Of a stretch of 64,000 nt of DNA, positions 30,703-40,446 are shown one piece after another. The position numbers and the translations under genes are program-made. The first letter of the stretch is position 1, and each line of letters opens with the position of its first letter. This DNA comes from Candidatus Woesearchaeota archaeon (GTDB taxonomy: Archaea; Nanobdellota; Nanobdellia; Woesearchaeales; BS150m-G63), in NCBI GenBank assembly GCA_016784165.1, contig JADHVD010000005.1, positions 3,385 through 67,384 on the forward strand, in the 5' to 3' direction. Under the pieces are notes generated by a model. That model was given only the letters and a program-made list of their open reading frames with translations, was not told the DNA's origin and did no database searches.

Positions 30703-31071
30703 TTTTCGTGTTTGAACCCCCTTTTGGTGTGTTTTTTTTATTTTTTGTGAGCATACAATTAATATACTCCATTATATATTTAGGAATATGAATATCCCCC
30801 TTACATAATATTTATATTAGAGTAATGATACTCCAACTATTAAGAACAAGTGTGTTACTTGCTACCAACAAGTAATTCAAACCAAGACCAAGCTTGTTTC
30901 ACGGAAATAAGACTGATTAACTCTTCATTTCCACCAGAACGTTAAAAGATGTGAGTTTTCTACCAAAAAACTCGGTTTTATTTATTTCTTATTAGTAGCT
31001 AAACTAATATATAAATGTTTTTATTCTATAGAATATATATTAAAAAAGATATTAACCAAAAAAATCCATTT

Positions 31072-31644
31072 TTATCGACGATAAAGACTCTTTTTCACTT
31101 TAGGAAATAGCTCCATTCCTTTCATCTGTTCAAACTGATCTCTCCCTAAAGATAATATAGAAACAATAAAATTATGTTTCTCTTTTATTTCTGCACATAA
31201 TCTTTTTACCCCACCAGCATCAATATTTTCACCAATAAGCAACACACTTGCACGCTTTTCAGTTTCCTTGCCATGTAAGATTATCTCGTCTATAAAATCC
31301 ATATTTTTAGCTGAATTAACAAACTCCTCAAGCGCTCTTTTCTTTTCTTTCAATATCCCTTCTAAAAACAAAGTATTATCATTATCAGCTAATTTATACA
31401 ACTTAAACTTCTTGATCATAACCTGTTCAACCACCTTTAACTCAACCAATCTTTTAACTATTCTAAAAGTAGTAGCCACAGGAACATCAACATCCTTAGA
31501 AATTTCCCTCAAATAAAACTCTTCATCTTTATCGTCGAGAAATAACCTTAATATCTTCAAAGATTTAGTATCAAATAAATTCCCCAACAAGTTTTCATCA
31601 TGCATAATCCAACCAACACATAACTGATATATATAGTTTTCCAT
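31072..31644 (-). CDS. Winged-helix transcription regulator with an uncharacterised C-terminal domain
   Basis: FYLREISKDVDVPVATTFRIVKRLVELKVV is an HTH pattern. Confidence 0.55.
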   Translation of the reverse strand: MENYIYQLCVGWIMHDENLLGNLFDTKSLKILRLFLDDKDEEFYLREISKDVDVPVATTFRIVKRLVELKVVEQVMIKKFKLYKLADNDNTLFLEGILKEKKRALEEFVNSAKNMDFIDEIILHGKETEKRASVLLIGENIDAGGVKRLCAEIKEKHNFIVSILSLGRDQFEQMKGMELFPKVKKSLYRR

Positions 31645-31850
31645 TTTTGAAACAGTGTTCCATTTTTGAAAACATCAGACAATACACAAATCAATCACAG
31701 CAAAAGAAAACAATTAAAAACTAAAATAAATTCACAATGTTCCTTATTCAATTATTTATTTATTCAAACAAATCAAATATCTTTTTGGATGATGTTTGAC
31801 ACTTAAAGGTAGTAACAAAATAGAAACATTTATATAGAGGAAAATCAATT

Positions 31851-32657
31851 ATGAAAGATATAACATCTAAAGGTATTCAAATGAATAAAAAATATTTACA
31901 TACTTTGGAAGATCAGATAGTAAAAGATGTTTACTCTGCCATTTCCAAATGTCAAAAAGATAACCAATATTTTTGTGGAGGTATGAGTACTCAGTTTTTT
32001 CTACCAGAACATCTCCATAGAACCAGCTCAGATATAGATACAAATGGGGTTCAAAAATTATCTCTTGGAGAATTCCAAAGATCAATTATACCTGGTTTAG
32101 AAGAATTATTAAGCAAAGGATATAAACAAAGCACTAAAAAGAAAAGAGCAACTTATGACATCCAATTAGAAAATGAAAACAGTATTATAATTCTTCAATA
32201 CCCTAGAAAAAGTACAAGTTCTTATCCTTGGCTTCAAAAAGTTACAGAAAAAGAAAATTCAAATGCTCAAACAGTGAATTTTGAAGGAAATAAATTAAGA
32301 ATAACACCTACGGAAGATTTAATTTTGCACAAATTATTAAGATCTAAACGTTTCGTTGAAGGATATAATTTAAAAAATCCAAAAAGCACTAAATTAGTGA
32401 GCTTACAAAATTCAATAAACGATTTAAAAAGAGATTATACAATAAATCAATTTAATCTAGATCCACAAGAATCTCAAAGAGCTATTGCAAAAATAAGATT
32501 ATATGCAGATATATTTGATATCATGGCTCTTTCAAGATATAAGGGATTAGATAAAAATTATTTCTTAGAAAGTATGCAAGACTACAATAGATTAAAGAAA
32601 GATAAAGGAAAAATTATAGATTATTTAGAAACATTATCCCCAAACGTATTCAAATAA
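31851..32657 (+). CDS. AbiEii/DUF1814-like nucleotidyltransferase
   Basis: CGGMSTQFFLPEHLHRTSSDIDTNG resembles the GGTA...R.S.DID NTase motif, and the C-terminal LYADIFDI resembles the conserved DLYD region. Confidence 0.5.
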   Translation: MKDITSKGIQMNKKYLHTLEDQIVKDVYSAISKCQKDNQYFCGGMSTQFFLPEHLHRTSSDIDTNGVQKLSLGEFQRSIIPGLEELLSKGYKQSTKKKRATYDIQLENENSIIILQYPRKSTSSYPWLQKVTEKENSNAQTVNFEGNKLRITPTEDLILHKLLRSKRFVEGYNLKNPKSTKLVSLQNSINDLKRDYTINQFNLDPQESQRAIAKIRLYADIFDIMALSRYKGLDKNYFLESMQDYNRLKKDKGKIIDYLETLSPNVFK

Positions 32658-32676
32658 GAATAAAAGTAAATTTTAA

Positions 32677-34605
32677 TCATCTTTGACTATGATATAATTC
32701 TTTAACAAGCTCAAGTGTGCTAGCTTCATTAATCGGCTTATCTTCCCTTATTTGAATCATCCTTGGGAATCTTAGCGCATATCCGCTATTATAAGTAGGA
32801 CTTTTTTGAATTTCTTCATAATTAACTTCAACAACTAAAGTCGGCTTAATCACCACTTTTGTGCCTTTTTCGGCAGTTATCAAAGGTTTCAATAATTTAG
32901 TTAATTGATCAAATGTAGCCCCAACACCTTCAGTTTCCAATTCTTTAATACCTGTACCAACTTTCCCTATCCCATATAGATTTCCTTCTTCGTCTACACA
33001 AGCAATCTCAAAACTACTCAACCACCCTTTTCTTTTACCTTTCCCCCATTCAGCACCAATAATCACTAAATCTAATGTTTCCATCACTGGTTTAACTTTA
33101 ACACCATAACCCACCCTAGAACCCGGTTTATATGGTGCATCTAATTTTTTAACCATTATTCCTTCTTCACCTGCATCAAGAGATTCACTGTAAAACTTTT
33201 CAGCCTCTTCGACGCTTTCAGTAATTAATTGTTTTGCAAGCACAACTTTATATGGTTCTTCTTTAACAGCCTTAACAAGTACTGCTCTCCTTTTACTAAA
33301 TGGTTCTTTCAACAAATTTTTTCCATTATAAAAAACAATATCAAAAGTATTCAGTTCAACAGGAAGTTCATCACACATTTTTTCAATATCATATTTTCTT
33401 TTTATTCTTTGAGAAATACCTTGAAAGGGGAGATAAGTTTTAGTTTTCTTATCATATCCAACAACTTCTGCATCTATTATAAAAGAATCTCCTTTAACAT
33501 TTTTCTTAACAACTTTAACAATATCAGGAAATTGAGTTGTAACATCATCTAATCTTCTTGTAAATATCTTAATTCCTGATTTAAATTTGTGTATTTGAAT
33601 CCTAAATCCATCATATTTATACTCAATCGCAGCAGGAATCCCTACAGTTTCAAAAGCATCTGTAATTCCTTTAGATTTTTGATAAAGCATTACTTTTATT
33701 GGCTTTCCAGCTTCCATTTCAACATCAAGTAACCCGTCAATCCCTTTTTTCCTAGCAATTACTGCAACTTCAGAAAAATCATTTTTCATATCATAAGCTG
33801 ACTGCACAATCTCAATAAGGTAATTATAACATCCTCTTGCTAACACATCTGTTTCACAAACAATAAAATCATATTTTTGAATATCTTTCAGATCTTTTAA
33901 ACTCGTAACTTCCAAAACCTTATTTCCTTTATCTAATCTATTAATCTCGTTTGAAAATTTATTATCAATAGATTCCCCACATTCAACACATTTATCGGCA
34001 TTAGGGATAAATTTTCCACATTTTTGACACTTAAAAAATATTCCAGCTATAGGGGGGAAACAACTCCACACAATAGCGTCCCTTATTGTACCTTCACCAA
34101 CACCCACACGCAGATCCTCAAGTACTGTTCTCACAATATATCTTGCTTCATCAGGACTTGCACTACTCAACAAACCAGAAATAATCTTCACTTTTTGGTC
34201 TACAGCGCCTTTTCCAGTTACAGTGGTTAATTTTCTTAAATCTTTGAACACTTTTTCAACATCAAGAGATTGAGAAAACAAAGTTACTTGCTTTTTTTCA
34301 GAAATAAAATTCTTAGCGCATTCACCCAAATCACCTGTTTGCCCCCAACCCTCTTCAATTTTCTTTACACTTATTCCTGTAGCAACATTGATCGCTTTAA
34401 GCACCAACCTAGAAGCAACTCCTATCTCTTGTTTATCCCATGCAGGATATAATTCCCCTCTTAACAACAATAAAGCCATACTCAATTCATCAAGAGGTAT
34501 TTTCTTAATCAATTTAGAAACAAAATATGTTTTCTCTAGTCTTTTAGTTGTACCACTAATTTTTTCATACACTTCAACAAGCTCTTTGTATAACATAATT
34601 ATCAA
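32677..34605 (-). CDS. lig: ATP-dependent DNA ligase with an inserted zinc ribbon
   Basis: Adenylation motif EYKYDGFRIQIH plus EGIMVKKLD and PTYNSGYALRFPR. The likely start is MLYKEL (Met 4). Confidence 0.9.
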   Translation of the reverse strand: MIIMLYKELVEVYEKISGTTKRLEKTYFVSKLIKKIPLDELSMALLLLRGELYPAWDKQEIGVASRLVLKAINVATGISVKKIEEGWGQTGDLGECAKNFISEKKQVTLFSQSLDVEKVFKDLRKLTTVTGKGAVDQKVKIISGLLSSASPDEARYIVRTVLEDLRVGVGEGTIRDAIVWSCFPPIAGIFFKCQKCGKFIPNADKCVECGESIDNKFSNEINRLDKGNKVLEVTSLKDLKDIQKYDFIVCETDVLARGCYNYLIEIVQSAYDMKNDFSEVAVIARKKGIDGLLDVEMEAGKPIKVMLYQKSKGITDAFETVGIPAAIEYKYDGFRIQIHKFKSGIKIFTRRLDDVTTQFPDIVKVVKKNVKGDSFIIDAEVVGYDKKTKTYLPFQGISQRIKRKYDIEKMCDELPVELNTFDIVFYNGKNLLKEPFSKRRAVLVKAVKEEPYKVVLAKQLITESVEEAEKFYSESLDAGEEGIMVKKLDAPYKPGSRVGYGVKVKPVMETLDLVIIGAEWGKGKRKGWLSSFEIACVDEEGNLYGIGKVGTGIKELETEGVGATFDQLTKLLKPLITAEKGTKVVIKPTLVVEVNYEEIQKSPTYNSGYALRFPRMIQIREDKPINEASTLELVKELYHSQR

Positions 34606-34717
34606 TAAATATAAATATTAGTAGATATTTAAAACTTTTGAAGAAAACCTTAAGGATGATTTTAAGAGTTTTTTAAACTTTGAAAAAAGGTTTAAGCTTA
34701 AAGAATTACAAAAGAGT

Positions 34718-35410
34718 GTGAACAAAGTGGACATCCTAGAATGCATAAAAGGTAGACGTTCTATTAGAAGATATCTTGATCTAGAAATACCAAAAGAAAA
34801 AATAGGTATAATTATTGAAGCAGGAGCAATGGCACCCTCTTCTGGAAACTTACAAAATTGGAGATTTATTATAGTAAAAGATAAAGAAACCAGAAAACAA
34901 TTAGCAAACGCATGTTTACAACAAGATTGGATGGCAACAGCACCAGTACATATAGTTATTTGTGGAATAGATGAAGTAGCTAGACAATTTTATGGTATAA
35001 GGGGCGAAAGACTTTACACTATTCAAAATTGTGCAGCTGCAATGCAAAACATGTTATTAACAGCACATGATTTAGAACTAGGAGCTTGTTGGGTTGGCGC
35101 TTTTGATGAAAACATGGTGAGAAAGGCAGTTTCAATTCCAGAAAACGCAAGACCTCAAGCAATAATCACCCTAGGAATTCCAAATGAAATAGTTCCAGAA
35201 CCAAAAAAAACAGACCTTACCCATTTAGCATTCATCGAAAAATATAACAATAAAGTTGAAGATATTGAATCTGTGATGGGTTTTTATGGTGCAGCAATGC
35301 AACAGAGATTACAAAAAGGAAAAGAAGCATTAGACAAAACAGGAGCCCATTTAGGAAAACATGGAAAAAGAATTTTAGAAAAAATAAAAGAAAAAATCAA
35401 TAAAAGATAA
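34718..35410 (+). CDS. Nitroreductase family protein
   Basis: ECIKGRRSIRRY and APSSGNLQNWRFI motifs; GTG start. Confidence 0.85.
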   Translation: MNKVDILECIKGRRSIRRYLDLEIPKEKIGIIIEAGAMAPSSGNLQNWRFIIVKDKETRKQLANACLQQDWMATAPVHIVICGIDEVARQFYGIRGERLYTIQNCAAAMQNMLLTAHDLELGACWVGAFDENMVRKAVSIPENARPQAIITLGIPNEIVPEPKKTDLTHLAFIEKYNNKVEDIESVMGFYGAAMQQRLQKGKEALDKTGAHLGKHGKRILEKIKEKINKR

Positions 35411-35460
35411 ATTTATCCTCTATTTATTTACATTTATTCTAAATATTTATAAACTCATTC

Positions 35461-37158
35461 TTGATTTTAAGCACAATGAAAGAATTTTACAAAGAAATTA
35501 TCAATATAATAAAAGAAAAAAACCTTAACAAAGAACAAATAACAAAACTAAAACTTAAATTATGTTCTAAATATAAACTAAAAAAAATTCCAACAGATAT
35601 AGAGATTCTACTTAATACAAAACCAAAAGACATTTCAAAATTAAAACAACTACAAACAAAACCAGTTAGAACTATTAGTGGAGTAGCAATTATTGCAATA
35701 ATGACTAAACCCTTCAAATGCCCTCATGGTAAATGTATAATGTGTCCTGGAGGTCCTGATTCTTTTTTTGGAGATATTCCTCAAAGCTATACAGGAAAAG
35801 AACCAGCAACAATGAGGGGAATAAGGAATCACTTCGATCCTTACCTACAAGTTATGAATCGGCTTGAACAATACGCTGTTCTCGGCCATAATTTTGAAAA
35901 AATAGAGCTAATAGTGATGGGTGGCACTTTCCCAAGCTTTCCAAAAAAATACAAAGAAGATTTCATTCTTTACTCTTTCAAAGCTATGAATGATTTTTCA
36001 AAACTCTTTTTCAAAAACAATAAATTAGATATTCTAAAATTCAAAAAATTCTTTGAACTTCCACATGATATCAATGACGAAGAAAGAAAGAAAAGAATTC
36101 ATAAAAAACTTTTAGCACTAAAAACTAAGAAAACCACAACAATAGAAAAAGAGCAAAAAATAAACGAAAACTCAGATGTAAAGTGTGTTGGATTAACAAT
36201 AGAAACACGGCCAGATTATGCAACTTTAGAACACGCAAATGAACTATTAAGATTCGGCTGTACTAGAATTGAATTGGGAGTTCAAACAACCTCCAACAAA
36301 ACATTAAACTTCATCAAAAGAGGACACACCATAGAAGATTCAATAAAGGCAACAACCACATTAAAAGAGCTAGGATTCAAAATCAATTACCACATGATGC
36401 CTGGATTACCTTTTTCAAACAAAAAAACAGACCTAAAAATCCTAAACTCTTTATTCACTAATCAAAATTTTCAGCCAGATATGTTGAAATTATATCCTTG
36501 TATGGTGCTCCCAGGAACAGAACTCTATAAACTCTGGAAACAAAAAAAATTCAAACCAATAACCACCAAACAAGCAGCAGAAATGCTCATTGAATTCAAA
36601 AAAAATGTTCCACCTTATGTGAGAATCATGCGAGTACAAAGAGACATTCCAACTTACGCAACATCAGCGGGCGTTTCTCAAACAAATTTAAGACAATCTA
36701 TGCATCAATTAATGGAAAAAAAACAGATAAAATGTAATTGTATCCGTTGTAGAGAACCAAAAAAAGAAAACCTATTCAAACCAACCACAATAATCAGAAT
36801 TTACAAAGCATCCAATGGTACAGAATTTTTTATATCTTCTGAAGACACAAAAAAGAATAAATTACTAGGATTCTGCAGATTAAGACTTCCAGCAAGTTCA
36901 CTAAGAAAAGAGATTACAAAAGATTCTGCTTTAATCAGAGAACTCCATATTTATGGTGCAGCAACAGGAATTGGAAAATCAGGAAAAGTTCAACATAAAG
37001 GTTTAGGAAAATCATTATTAAAAAAAGCAGAACAGATTGCAAAACAAAACAACAAAAACAAAATAGTGGTTATCAGTGGAGTAGGTGTAAGGAATTATTA
37101 CAAAAAACTCGGCTACAAAAAACAAGGACCTTATATGGTTAAAAAATTAAGTTTGTGA
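35461..37158 (+). CDS. elp3: Elp3-family radical SAM / GNAT tRNA modification enzyme
   Basis: The FKCPHGKCIMCPGG cluster, a radical SAM core and a C-terminal GNAT (HKGLGKSLLKKAE). The likely start is MKEFYK at 35476. Confidence 0.9.
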   Translation: MILSTMKEFYKEIINIIKEKNLNKEQITKLKLKLCSKYKLKKIPTDIEILLNTKPKDISKLKQLQTKPVRTISGVAIIAIMTKPFKCPHGKCIMCPGGPDSFFGDIPQSYTGKEPATMRGIRNHFDPYLQVMNRLEQYAVLGHNFEKIELIVMGGTFPSFPKKYKEDFILYSFKAMNDFSKLFFKNNKLDILKFKKFFELPHDINDEERKKRIHKKLLALKTKKTTTIEKEQKINENSDVKCVGLTIETRPDYATLEHANELLRFGCTRIELGVQTTSNKTLNFIKRGHTIEDSIKATTTLKELGFKINYHMMPGLPFSNKKTDLKILNSLFTNQNFQPDMLKLYPCMVLPGTELYKLWKQKKFKPITTKQAAEMLIEFKKNVPPYVRIMRVQRDIPTYATSAGVSQTNLRQSMHQLMEKKQIKCNCIRCREPKKENLFKPTTIIRIYKASNGTEFFISSEDTKKNKLLGFCRLRLPASSLRKEITKDSALIRELHIYGAATGIGKSGKVQHKGLGKSLLKKAEQIAKQNNKNKIVVISGVGVRNYYKKLGYKKQGPYMVKKLSL

Positions 37159-37245
37159 GTAAAATTTAAATACTCCACTTAAAATAATAAATTAAAGAGG
37201 TGAAATATACATTAAACCTCTCTAATTCTAAGAGAGAATATTAAA

Positions 37246-37998
37246 ATGACATTAGACCAACTTATCAACAGAAAAGAAGCAGGAAAAATCCTAGATGTTA
37301 ATGGAAGAACTATACCTAGATATGCTCAAAAATGTCTTCTCACTAAAATAAAACAAGGATATAAACACCTATATTCCAAAAAAGAAGTAGAACAATTAAA
37401 ACATAAGTTTGAAATAAAAAATGCCTTAAATGATTACATAAGGGAGATTTATGTTTTAAGAAAAAGTAAGATTAAACCATCGAGAATAATAAAGGAATTT
37501 AACATAAAAAACACCCTTCCAGATTTAAACATTAGCAATAGTTCAAAAATAGAACAAGCCTTAGAAGTATATAACTGCAGTAGAGAATCATATCTTAATA
37601 AATTTAACATACACAAACGGGATTGCCCAAACATACTCTTAGTTAGAGAAACAATGGCTCGATTAAAAATCAAAGATCCTCATGTGATTTACGACTTAAT
37701 TGAAAATGGGAGTTTAGAACCAAGAATCACTCTTTTTAATGGAAAAGCACACCATTTCATTAGTATGGATTCATTAAATGATTTTTTGGGAAAATATTCT
37801 AACAAATTTCTTTATCGTTCCCACACAGCTTCAGAAAAAATAGGAAAAAGTATTGAAGAAATAGACAGAATCGCTCACCATTATAATATTGGTTTCAAAA
37901 TAAAAGACACAAAACAGGGAAATTATCTTTTTTCAGGTAGGGATATAAGAAAACTCAAAAGTCTAAATTACCACAATAACTACAAGAAAAACATTTAA
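37246..37998 (+). CDS. Protein with three tandem excisionase/MerR-type helix-turn-helix repeats
   Basis: LINRKEAGKILDVNGRTIPRYAQ, LLVRETMARLKIKDPHVIYDLIENG and YRSHTASEKIGKSIEEIDRIAHHYN, each followed by a short wing segment. Confidence 0.5.
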   Translation: MTLDQLINRKEAGKILDVNGRTIPRYAQKCLLTKIKQGYKHLYSKKEVEQLKHKFEIKNALNDYIREIYVLRKSKIKPSRIIKEFNIKNTLPDLNISNSSKIEQALEVYNCSRESYLNKFNIHKRDCPNILLVRETMARLKIKDPHVIYDLIENGSLEPRITLFNGKAHHFISMDSLNDFLGKYSNKFLYRSHTASEKIGKSIEEIDRIAHHYNIGFKIKDTKQGNYLFSGRDIRKLKSLNYHNNYKKNI

Positions 37999-38084
37999 GA
38001 TTGAATAATCTTCAAAAGTTCTTTTTTCTTTTCAACCATCAATTTAGAATTTTTTGCTTCTAAGTTTTGCAAAGTTTTCCAAGT
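37995..38084 (-). pseudogene. Duplicated 3-prime fragment of the adjacent phosphomannomutase gene
   Basis: The reverse frame reads LGKTLQNLEAKNSKLMVEKKKELLKIIQS*, versus the true C-terminus LLRLNLEAKTLILLKEKKEELLKIIRS*. An exact 17-mer AAGAAAAACATTTAAGA occurs at 37984 and 38094. Confidence 0.6.
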
Positions 38085-38104
38085 AAAACCTTGAAGAAAA
38101 ACAT

Positions 38105-39427
38105 TTAAGAACGTATAATTTTTAATAACTCTTCTTTTTTCTCTTTCAAAAGAATTAATGTTTTTGCTTCTAAATTCAATCTAAGCAATGGCTCTGTATT
38201 ACTCGGCCTTACATTAAACCACCAATCATCAAAATCAACCCTTACACCATCAAGCCAAGAAACCCTTCCTTTTTTATAACTCTCAGCCAACTCTTTCATC
38301 TTAGCTTCTTTATCTCCCACTTCTGAATTTATTTCCCCAGAATTAAAATATTTTTTCAAAGGCCTGATTAATTCAGAAAAAGGAATATTTTTAGCACTCA
38401 AAAGATTCATAACCCAAATAGCTGTAATTATCCCAGAATCTGTAAAAAAGTTATCCTTAAAATAAAAATGACCTGATAATTCTCCTGCAAAAACAGCACT
38501 GTCTTCTCTCATTTTTTGTTTGATAAAAGAATGACCCACACGACATCTTAAACTCCTGCCACCAAACTTTTCAATCATTTCAGGAACAATCCAAGAACTT
38601 CTCAAATCATAAAGCACTAAAGAATTTGATTTATGTTTTAAAATCTCTTCTGAAATCAAAGCAGTAATAAAATCAGAAGGCACTAATTCTCCTTCATTAT
38701 CTATAAAGAAAACCCTATCAGCATCACCATCAAAAGCAATTCCAAGCTCAGCTTTTTCAGCAATCACTCTTTTTTTCAACACTTCTAAAACCCCTTTCTT
38801 CATAGGATTAGCATCATGATTGGGAAATGTGCCATCAATTTCAAAATAAAGTGGAACAACATCAACCAACAATTCTTTTTGTATCAAAGAAAAATCCTGA
38901 GCACCCATTCCATTAGCACAATCAACAACCACTTTCAATTCTTTTATACCTTTAACAAAAGATAACAAATGTTTTTTGTATTCTTCTTTAACATCTTTTT
39001 CAGTCACTTTTCCAATTTTCGTAACTTTCTTAAATTCCTCTTTATCCACCTTATCTTTTATCTCCATTATTCCTGTATCGCCAGAAATAGGTATTGCTTC
39101 TTCACGAGTAAACTTCACTCCATTGTATTCTTTAGGATTATGGGATGCAGTAATCATAGCCATACCATCAGCACCCAAATGTGCACTTGCAAAATAAGCC
39201 ATAGGAGTAGAAGTCAAACCAAAATTAATCACATTTTTTCCTTGAAGTGTAACTCCTTTAACAAAAGCATCAAAAAGCTTTGGTCCAGAAACCCTCATAT
39301 CATAACCAACAGCAATATTTTTCCCTTTAATAAAATCAGCAAACGCTCTGCCTATTTTCTCCATTATTTTTTCATTTAATTCTTTAGGATAAACACCCCT
39401 TATATCATAAGCTTTGAAAATTCCCAT
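38105..39427 (-). CDS. Phosphoglucomutase/phosphomannomutase family (GlmM/PMM-like)
   Basis: Active site TASHNPKEYNGVKF, Mg site FDGDADR and sugar-binding GELSGH. Confidence 0.9.
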   Translation of the reverse strand: MGIFKAYDIRGVYPKELNEKIMEKIGRAFADFIKGKNIAVGYDMRVSGPKLFDAFVKGVTLQGKNVINFGLTSTPMAYFASAHLGADGMAMITASHNPKEYNGVKFTREEAIPISGDTGIMEIKDKVDKEEFKKVTKIGKVTEKDVKEEYKKHLLSFVKGIKELKVVVDCANGMGAQDFSLIQKELLVDVVPLYFEIDGTFPNHDANPMKKGVLEVLKKRVIAEKAELGIAFDGDADRVFFIDNEGELVPSDFITALISEEILKHKSNSLVLYDLRSSWIVPEMIEKFGGRSLRCRVGHSFIKQKMREDSAVFAGELSGHFYFKDNFFTDSGIITAIWVMNLLSAKNIPFSELIRPLKKYFNSGEINSEVGDKEAKMKELAESYKKGRVSWLDGVRVDFDDWWFNVRPSNTEPLLRLNLEAKTLILLKEKKEELLKIIRS

Positions 39428-39428
39428 T

Positions 39429-40265
39429 TTAGACCAAATCCTTCCATTCTTTTATAGCTTTATCATATCTCTCAATATTTCCAGTGTCAAACCACTGTCC
39501 AGAAAAAGGATATCCATACAACTTACCTTGTTCTGCTAATTTTGGAAAAATATCTTTTTCTAACATAGTAAAACCATCTGGAATCATATCAATCACTTCT
39601 GGTTCAACAATATAAAATCCAGAATTGATAAGTTTAGATGGTGCATCTTCTTTTTTAGGTTTCTCAACAAACTCAAGTATTCTCGAACCAGACAATCTTG
39701 CAACCCCATATTGGCTTGGATCTTCAACAGTAGTCAAAGCAATAGTAACTAAAGCATTATTTTCTTTATGTACTTTGTACATCTCTTCAATATCTATATC
39801 TTTCAACTCATCACCATTTGAAACAATAAATGTATCTTTTAACATTTCTTTTGCTAATTTTATTGGTCCTGCAGTTCCCAAAGGTTCTTTCTCTTCAACA
39901 TATTTTACTTTCATCCCAAATTTAGAACCATCTCCAAAATAATCAATTATTTTTTCCCTCAAATAACCTACAGCCATCACAGTTTCATTAACATCATATT
40001 TTTTGAATAAATCAAACAAGTGTTCTGTTAAAGTTTTTCCATGAATTGGTAATAATGCTTTAGGAATCTCATAAGTTAAGGGTCTTAACCTTGTTCCAGT
40101 TCCACCAACCAAAATTATTGCTTTTTTAGGAATATGTGCTTTTAACGCTTTAGAGATTAACAATTCCACAGCGTGACTTCTGTTTTTAATATTAAATCCA
40201 TCTACTTTTTTATCAACTAATTTAAGAATTCCTTGATCAAGTGTTAGTGTTACTCTTTCTTTCAC
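39429..40265 (-). CDS. Sugar-1-phosphate nucleotidylyltransferase with an N-terminal ribbon-helix-helix-like extension
   Basis: KAIILVGGTGTRLRPLTYEIPKALLP is the NTP-transferase signature. It is preceded by about 45 aa reading RVTLTLDQGILKLVDKK...NRSHAVELLISKAL. GTG start. Confidence 0.8.
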   Translation of the reverse strand: MKERVTLTLDQGILKLVDKKVDGFNIKNRSHAVELLISKALKAHIPKKAIILVGGTGTRLRPLTYEIPKALLPIHGKTLTEHLFDLFKKYDVNETVMAVGYLREKIIDYFGDGSKFGMKVKYVEEKEPLGTAGPIKLAKEMLKDTFIVSNGDELKDIDIEEMYKVHKENNALVTIALTTVEDPSQYGVARLSGSRILEFVEKPKKEDAPSKLINSGFYIVEPEVIDMIPDGFTMLEKDIFPKLAEQGKLYGYPFSGQWFDTGNIERYDKAIKEWKDLV

Positions 40266-40446
40266 GGTTTGATATAAATAATATAAATAATATATAAATC
40301 TTTTGTTTTTGCAAAAAAAGTATGATACTAAATAAATACTTTTTTTAGACGAGAAAATTCTAAAAACCGCAAAGTTTCCGAAAGGTTTATATACAAAGTA
40401 ATACTTTATATGATGATATCATACTTTAGTTTGGGGGGGTAATATA

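Noticed and set aside
30703-31071. The long intergenic region upstream of ftsZ was examined for a C/D box sRNA or other ncRNA (AATGATAC and CTGATT elements).
   Set aside because: The box motifs are imperfect, their spacing does not fit C/D sRNAs, and there is no GC-rich structured core. It is treated as a promoter/leader region.
33814-34065. Considered whether the ligase insertion is an intein.
   Set aside because: It is only about 80 aa, with no intein block motifs (no terminal HN plus Cys/Ser/Thr junctions) noticed. It fits an inserted zinc ribbon better.
38969-39379. 136-aa and 73-aa plus-strand ORFs inside the phosphomannomutase gene, together with similar antisense ORFs elsewhere. Examples are 1669-1890, 2279-2485, 2502-2797, 8312-8557, 13063-13281, 22213-22452, 30167-30418, 33229-33552, 34024-34621, 39625-39942, 46092-46814 and 58017-58685.
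   Set aside because: All are embedded in, and out of frame with or antisense to, confidently identified genes. They have low-complexity F/I/L/S/K-rich translations typical of AT-rich shadow ORFs.
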